The position numbers were made by a program, and so were the translations under genes. DNA of 59,162 bases, filler included, from Platydemus manokwari (Eukaryota): NCBI GenBank assembly GCA_037951405.1. It is 6 parts of 6 records of this genome, joined end to end, with 100 filler letters (N's around TTAATTAATTAA, not from the genome) between each part and the next. Parts side by side here need not be neighbours in the genome. Positions count along the whole stretch, not along the records: positions 49,831 to 59,162 come from JBBMOY011239875.1; 5 more parts are not named here. The stretch is one strand, 5' to 3'. Under the pieces are notes generated by a model. It saw only the letters and a program-made list of their open reading frames with translations, ran no database searches and was not told the origin of the DNA. Positions 51,643 to 59,162 of this stretch are shown one piece after another. Each line of letters begins with the position of its first letter. Position 1 is the stretch's first letter.

Positions 51643-51906
51643 TTGAAATGGCAAAATATGAATAGAGCACTGCACAAGCACACGATTGACAGAGTATAGC
51701 CACTGATGTATACGCCCAACAGATTTGTCTGAATAATATCAATGAAATTCGAAAATCATTGTCAAAGAAAAATTTTAGATTTTCACATCTCCAAAATACA
51801 TAAATCAATTCCCTTACCACGTCGGGAGGCTGCTTGAAGCAAGAACGGTAATTACTGCGTTTGTCAGCCCATTGTCCATCGACAGCGCATTCCCTTGTTG
51901 CGTTTA
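51643..51906 (-). CDS. Class B (secretin-family) GPCR, CRF/DH44-receptor-like: second hormone-binding-domain exon and TM1 exon
   Basis: Exon 51906-51818 (ttcag|..|gtaagg) encodes NATRECAVDGQWADKRSNYRSCFKQPPDV. Exon 51728-51643 (ttcag|..|gtgaga) encodes TNLLGVYISGYTLSIVCLCSALFIFCHF(K/N), with the class B TM1 signature GYxxS and a phase-2 intron at the end of TM1. Confidence 0.88.
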
Positions 51907-52734
51907 CTGAATTAACAAAAAATAAATAAGAAACAACAATGCACAGAGAAATTCAATTGCAAATAGATAATTAAAATAGATTGATGTTGAACGGTATTTT
52001 GTCATCCACTTTTTCTACTTTACTTTTTTTTCAGATAAATTGCTGATGGTCCGAAATCGGAGTCAAACAAGGCTCCTCGTGATCGATACGAAAATCAATT
52101 TCCAACTTGATAATGGTTGATTGCATTATCCTATTTCCCGTTTGATCCCAGCGGAATCAATATTAGTATTGGTGTGTGTGTGTGCGAAAATAGATCAAAA
52201 TCCGTAATCACCAAATCACAAAAAGAGCCAAATTCTACGGCGAAAAAAATTATCACAGGGAAATCTAATTTGTATTTTCTGACTAGAATTTTTTTTGTGT
52301 GGTTATCAGAGTTATTTCCGTTGTAAATATCGAATTTCAATCACAGAACGTATATTCCGTAAAATTAATTTTTGCGATATGATTTATGATTTACATTTTT
52401 GGAATCTGTCGATTTGGTATACAAAGTACGTCATAAAATATCAGTTTGTATTCAAATTATAAACGAATTTTAAAGTTCTTTGTGTCGCATGTTATAGCAC
52501 AAGTTGAAAGATAGTTTGGTAATGAATATGATCTTCCTTATCTTTCAATTATCAGCAATGTTTCATAATATTCTTATCCTTGGAATTTGTAGATTTTTCT
52601 AGGTTTAAAACTAAAGAAAATAAAGATATTTTTATTCGAGGAGATGGCGAACTACATGCACAGCATTTCTCAAATTACATATATACTATACTCATACTAA
52701 TGTTCACATTTCATGAGCTATTTTTCTATACCAG

Positions 52735-53047
52735 ACTTACAAGAGTAACGAATACACACTCACTCAAGATTAGCACACTCATATATATTTGTGTAGCGTT
52801 TCAATAATCAGATTGACAACATTAATTGTTTATTCTAATCCCAATCGGTAGAGATGAATCACTGTTCAATACAGCAATTCATCACACTTACAAGAGTAAC
52901 GAGTACATACTCATTCAGGATTAGCACACTAAAATAAATTTGCGTATATTCGTGTAACGTTTTAATGGCCAGATTGGCAACATTAATTTCTTATCATAAT
53001 CCCAATCAGTAGAAATGAATCACAATTCAATGCACCAATTCACCATA
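52735..53047. repeat. Tandem duplication, two diverged units (~151 and ~162 nt)
   Basis: Both units start ACTTACAAGAGTAACGA (52735, 52886) and share GATTAGCACACT, CAACATTAATT, TAATCCCAATC.GTAGA.ATGAATCAC. Confidence 0.9.
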
Positions 53048-53804
53048 CTTTACGATCAATTGTAATTGTTGACAATATTTCTATACGATTTTTATTCCCT
53101 CTAAATTGGATACAGAAATAACAATAAAAATATTCTCCTTTTAAATTACTTAAATTTGACAATAATCTTTTTGATAAATTTTCTCAGAATGTTTTACTTA
53201 TTTTTATTTATTTATTTCAATTCCTTTTGTCTGAAGATGAACGATCGAACTGGTGGGACTTTGCCAGTATTGACAAACCAGGAAATTTATGAAACGTTGA
53301 TGAGAAATATTGAGCTCAGCTTCCTGTTTAGTGAAATGTTTTGGTTCAGTATTAAGCACAACAGTTATTGTTCCATTTTCAGAATCATTGTGTCTGTCAT
53401 AAAATAGATGGATGAGAGGACGCGGGTAGTTATCTATTATTGTCGAATTATCCAAGGTAATCCATTATTGACAGAGTTAGACAAATACAATCCCAAAATT
53501 TCTTGATTAAACTTGATGATAAGATATTTCAATTTTACGGTACTAGCCTCTGTTTTGAACTACTAGTTTTTATCGCTTCCCATCGTTTATGGAGAACCAT
53601 TGATAAGGAGAATATTTATCTTGACACATGAATTTGCTTGAGATCACAATTGGCAGGATTAATATTGATGGAATTTCAATTTATCGATTTTGAATTCACC
53701 AATTTTAGTTGTCATGGTGATCCGCTTAAAGATGAGAAGAAAGATAATTTTTTAAAGGTTTTTTATAATTTTAATATCACACTTTGTTAAAAGAAAACTT
53801 TTAT

Positions 53805-53806
<2 letters not shown>

Positions 53807-53858
<52 letters not shown>
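53807..53858. repeat. (AAT)n microsatellite
   Basis: About 17 perfect units. Confidence 0.95.
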
Positions 53859-53860
<2 letters not shown>

Positions 53861-56329
53861 CAAAGTTGCCAACAGCAAATGATTTCATCAAATGTTATTC
53901 AAAACAAAATATTTTTCTGAAAACACAAAAACTGCAAATTGGAATTTATTTTACGAAAATCTGCCTCGATGAGCAAAAATCATTATTGTTTCTATATTTA
54001 GAGTTTCAATGGGATGGCAAGCAATTTCTCCGAGATTTTTCTTCAGAGGAACAGAAGTAAATTTGGAAATTCGCAATGTGAGATCGAAAAGAAAATTGCG
54101 ATTTTATTCTGTGAATTTTATCAGCTTCATTTGCAATCATTTTATTTTTGTTGCAATAAAATTTATATTTCCACAAATCGATATCATTTTTATTCGGTAG
54201 AATTTCCTCTCGACGGATACATTTAGTTCCACAACATATTTTGTTTTATTTAGTATTTGGATACGAATTTTTACTGGAAAATTTATTGATAAACATTGAC
54301 AATCGAGATACTCATACATTAAAGTATGGGATGTACATGTTTCTTTCCTTTGATTGTTCCGTGAATCATAGTTCACTATGTCAATCATACACTCAATTTA
54401 ATGTTTCAGTCAATTCTCTATTCGCCTTCCAGTTGATGTTGTCTGGGATATCTTCTTCCCATATTTTTTACCCTGATGTTGTTGTCGTTATTTTCACTGT
54501 CGAACCTCCATTGCAGATAGCTCTCATTATATTCTATTTTATATAGGCAATAATTATTTTCTTTATGATTTACTTATCCATCCTTAGTTTCTTCATTACT
54601 GTACCATTGGTCTGTGCTAGCTAAGTTCCTTAAAACCTCACAATACAAGTGAACAGTTCCACAGTCTAGTTTTGTCAACGTTTTTTTGTCGCATTTTAGA
54701 GATCTGAATATTTTTCGATATTCTTTTGAGCTGTATCGACCATTAGAATAAGCTCATTCATGGGGCATTTTACATATACTTAGGACTTTATTAGTTGAAG
54801 ATCCACCATTAGTATGGATTCTGTGAATTTTCATTCTTTCTCCACAAAGACTTTAATCCGTATTGTCGAAAGTTTCCTTGGCTAGTATATCCATTATTCT
54901 ATCGTTCCGATACAGTACAAAAGAGTGGGATGGTTTGTAGGAGGCATGTTTGCGATTCCAATTCATATTAGCATTTTCTGCATGTTATCTCTCTCAAGTA
55001 CTTTTGCTTAGATCGAAAAGATTGTCGGAATAAATCCAAATTCAGCAATTATGAGATGCGAACTGAAAACTGATTTTGACCGCACTAAACTAATAGCTCC
55101 CCAAATTAGATTAGTCCAGTTTAATTGGTACAATTGTATAAAACATTATCTCAGCAGTTTTGGTGTATTTTTGATTTTTTTTATGGTGATCCTTTCGTCA
55201 TAGGAGCTATTAATTGTAAGGATGTGCCAAATTTGAAGCGTTGATAAGAATGAAAGAAACCGTGGTTTATATTTCCTTGGACGCATATTTAATGCTTGTT
55301 TTTAATTTTTCCCATCAAGTTTTGCTCATGTCTAAAATCTAGCAGATTTCAATTGTGATATATGAAACTAATGACGGCACATTTTTGATGAGCCAATCAT
55401 TTAACTGTGTTGTGTGCAATTTTAGTTAGATATGCATGCTGGAGACCTTAATTAAGAATCATTAACAATTGTATGTATGTTGCATGCATTGACAATTTAT
55501 GTGTAATCCTAAGATCGCTGGATATGCTTAAAATATTAATCAATATAGTATATCATAGAACAGGATTTTCGAGCCAGTGGTACTGGAAACATCAACTATG
55601 ATTCGAACAAATGAAATTTCAAATGAAATGTGAATAGATTGTTCAAGATCAGCTCACTTGCTGAGAGAATCGATCACAATAAACGGTCAAAACAATCATT
55701 TATAGATGATTGCGAAACAATCAAACGATACAGGAACATAAAGATATTACTGTTCTATTAAATAATCAGTGTTAATCAGCAAGGATAAAACTGTTATGAC
55801 GTCTTTATTATTTAAATCTAATTAAATTTTTGATTTAAAAATCAGAATCACATCGTCAAATAGAAAACGAGATCCTTTCGGGGAAATGAAAACAAAATTA
55901 ATTATCGATTAACCCTGCCAGCTATCTATTATCGAAAACATTAATTAATTAACTCCATCAATGTTGATATCAAATCAGCTTAATTGAAGTTTCCAATGAA
56001 GAATCGTCGTTGATTTGGCTAACATGGATATAACTTTTAGGGGATATTTTTTTAACTGAGATTAAGAACAATTGGTTATTTCCACTGTTTGTCGAGGGAA
56101 TTATATTTTTTTATTTCAAATTGACGGATAGTGGAACGAAAAGTTGATAAATATGAGAACATTGATAGCTCGAATTCAAATTGTTTTTTTTTTAATTTCT
56201 TCAGCAAGTTATTTGGCTCACAATATGTGGAATACCAATTTATCGAAACAGCCTGAATTCTCGAATAAAATTTTCCAAATTTTAAACCATAAAATACCGA
56301 TTTAGGAATTTCTTTTTAAATCTTATAAA

Positions 56330-56760
56330 TTCTTCTTAGTGACTCCAATCTGAACATTTCGTTGTATCACCCTGCTTGATAGTGGGAGATATTAAGTAAC
56401 TAGAAAATGACAAGGCAAGTAACTGGGTCTGTTTTTGCATTGGTAATTATTTGATGTAAGCTTCTCAGAAGATTCCTTAATTGAATTAGGATTTGCGGAT
56501 ATCACATAATTTTAGATCTCCATTACAAATCACTTCTCCAAAGTACCACATGCTATCTTAGCTAAGTAATCATTTTTCCAAGATCATATTACGGTTATTT
56601 AATGCTTCGATTGAGTAACTTGATGGATGTTATATGATTGACCTTGTTAAATCTAAGAATAATCTAAGACCAAGGATTGAAACAAATTTGATCTTCGACT
56701 AAATGTGAATTTGCGAAGCATAACAGTCTGAACCATCAACACCATGAGGATTTTAAAATT
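56330..56760 (-). mobile_element. LINE RT relic inside the GPCR intron
   Basis: HGVDG (K.PG.DG-like) at ~56733-56748 and IKQGD at ~56367-56381 occur in RT order; internally deleted. Confidence 0.3.
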
Positions 56761-58916
56761 AATAATTAAATGATCATTTTAATTTGTTGGAATATTTTTA
56801 TTAAAGGTACTTTTTTGGTTTGAAGTTCAAGGAATCGTTCTCAATTTATATTTTATAAAACAATAGCACTACTCACGACTTAATTCAAGATATTCTTTTG
56901 CATTACATGAACTTTACCCAACAAGAAACCTATGACTTCTAGTTAATGTAAGCATATACGAGATTAAAAGATTGTAACGTATGAAAATATTGATACAATT
57001 TTGGTTAGCGAATCTCATTGAGCTTAGTAACCGCATCTGAAAGAAAGATAGAGTCATATCTTCTCCATATATAAATAATTAAATTTCTTAGATTATAATC
57101 ATATTTGATAAGAGAGAAAGTTAAGAATGTGCTAATCATCATTCTGTTGTTTTGTTTTCTATTAGCACGATAATAAATTATAACTACTAGATATCAACCT
57201 GGCTTATAAATCATTTAAAAATAATAAATTGAGTTGATTATATAAATCAGCCGTTGTCATTGAAAAACAGATTATCTGGATTGTTCTTGACGATTTGGAG
57301 ATGTCTGGTGTAAGTTGAGCTTTTATGTTGAGCTTTTCATTATTGTCTATGACTTTCAGTGATCATCTTATTTTGATTGTCTTTCATCTCATAGATTTTT
57401 CATTTTTTATCAATTGATTTTAGGTTTGCTATAATTGAGACAAACCTTCACATCGTAAAGTCATACCGGACTTTTGATAACGAATAAAAAATCAAAAAAT
57501 ATTAGATAAACGAAAACGAAAGCTTGTTATGATGGCAACTCGGGAAATTCGGAATTTTTGTTGTAGAATAATGGCGGCCAGAATCGAGTATAAAGCTCTA
57601 AAAACTGTATTCAGTCTTATCACAACAATGTCTATACTTTATTGGCTTTTTCAACTGTTTTATCAACTGTTTTTTCAACTGTTTACTATCATATCAATCA
57701 TTTCCACATCATTAATTTTGATAGCCTGCAATAGAGTTGAATTAATGGAGTTTTAAAATTTTCTTTTCGTTCTATTCTTTCCAGATATTCTTTCAAGATT
57801 TGTTCTTTCGAAATGGATTACGATTTTTATATCACTGTTTTTCAATAGCTGATACGATTTAAGCGATTTGGGTTTTGGTTTTTTTTAAATATCTACAGGG
57901 CATGGAAATGTTTCGCCAATTCTTCAATGACGAATGAAAATCATCGAAATAGCCCCATTTGTTAATTTGCCACTGGGCTTCTTTATGATAATGGTGAAAT
58001 GAATTAGATTTTTATGCCGATGTGTTCTCGACAACATTTCTATCCTCATCATCCATTAACAATTTACATCCGGATTTATTTATTAATACATTATTAAGTT
58101 CATTTCATCGGATGGTTTGTTTTGCAGAAAAAGCCCATTAATAGAAACTAATGTAGGAAATATGAGTGTATATGTATTGTACGATGTATTGATGGTTACA
58201 CTTTCATAGCTACGGATTTATTAATCATTTCATGTTAATATTTTATGTAGGTCTTGGGCACAAGCTTAGCAACCTTCTTCGTTATATAATGTTATAATTA
58301 ACTTCTTCAATCTCGTTTTTATTATTCTTACACTTGAATCCAATAAACAACAAACGGGAAGCAAATAAATGAAAGATAAATTAATTCACGATGTTTGATG
58401 TTGTTAAATGAGATAAAATACAAATTGAGAGGAATTGAGCTCAAGGATTGTGTTATATCACTACTTACAACAAGATTAAAAAACCTTCATCAAATGTGTT
58501 TTGAAGATATTAAATGCTCATTAGAATAAAGATCAAGCACAATTCGTTTCCTGTGGTTATTTATGCAAACACGAGTACACTCTATCGATCGACATTGTAC
58601 ATACAAGTCTCTCTTACATTTATAAACCACTCAGGAAATTGTAATATTTTCTACAAATATTACATCTATCATTGAATTGTTTAAAATGTGGATTTCTCAT
58701 TTCCTTTACTATTGTTGTTTAAAGAATTACTAGAGCCTAGAATATTTTTAAAAATATTTACTATCTCTAATTGAAATGTCGTGGATAAGGATTTTAGAAC
58801 AATAATACCACCCAAGCTTCACACTTCTCTAATGTATTACATTTATCAAATCATGGAAAGTAGTAGAATCAATATTATTATTATTATCACTAGCCATCAC
58901 AAGATATATCACTCAC

Positions 58917-59042
58917 CATTCGAATCATATTGATAACCACCAAAATCTTTCGGACAAGCTAAAGATGCAATAACACCAGCTGGAGTTGGTGGCCAACATT
59001 GCACTCCGTCAAATATGGCTTCACAATACTGAATATTTTTAT
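58917..59042 (-). CDS. Class B GPCR, first hormone-binding-domain exon seen in the window
   Basis: tctcag|..|gtgagt, 126 nt, phase 1-1. Encodes KNIQYCEAIFDGVQCWPPTPAGVIASLACPKDFGGYQYDSN and splices in frame (G+TA=Val) to the exon at 51906 across a 7010-nt intron. Confidence 0.9.
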
Positions 59043-59162
59043 CTGAGAATAAATAAGATTAATAATTATTATTATATTGTATTATTATAATTATTAGTAT
59101 ACTAATAAGCTAGTGCAAATGATAATATTATTAATATCAGCAATATTCATAACAGTAATAAT

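Noticed and set aside
54600-55400. Possible RTE-type LINE relic
   Set aside because: Only vague motif echoes; too decayed to support.
57780-58300. Possible Helitron Rep relic
   Set aside because: Resemblance to Rep motifs is too weak to distinguish from chance.
1-59162. CRISPR arrays, prokaryotic operons or defence systems, rRNA or tRNA genes
   Set aside because: No regularly spaced repeats with unique spacers, no gene-dense regions and no recognisable structural RNA genes; the content is eukaryotic and intron-rich.

Overview
Very AT-rich, intron-containing eukaryotic DNA; composition, gene structures and transposon content suggest an invertebrate such as a planarian-type flatworm (inference). 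The window is not contiguous. Five identical 100-nt linkers (44 N + TTAATTAATTAA + 44 N) join six ~9-11 kb contigs, so adjacency across linkers carries no biological meaning. Recognisable host genes are the last two exons of a ZSWIM4/5/6-family gene, the last exon of a PP2A B55 regulatory subunit gene, and three exons of a class B (CRF/DH44-receptor-like) GPCR. Four small secreted-protein genes are also present, mostly missed or mis-framed by the ORF track: a PAN/Apple-domain protein, a divergent pair of paralogous hydrophobic Cys-rich proteins, and a three-exon 85-aa four-Cys protein. The rest is largely decayed mobile DNA: a near full-length NeSL-like RLE non-LTR retrotransposon with a highly structured 5' end, a pogo element with TIRs, a DD34D mariner fragment, Gypsy/Ginger integrase remnants, CR1/L2-like and hAT-like relics, and microsatellites. 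No prokaryotic system (CRISPR, operon) and no rRNA or tRNA is evident. All alignments and family assignments were made by eye or from recalled motifs; no database search was run.
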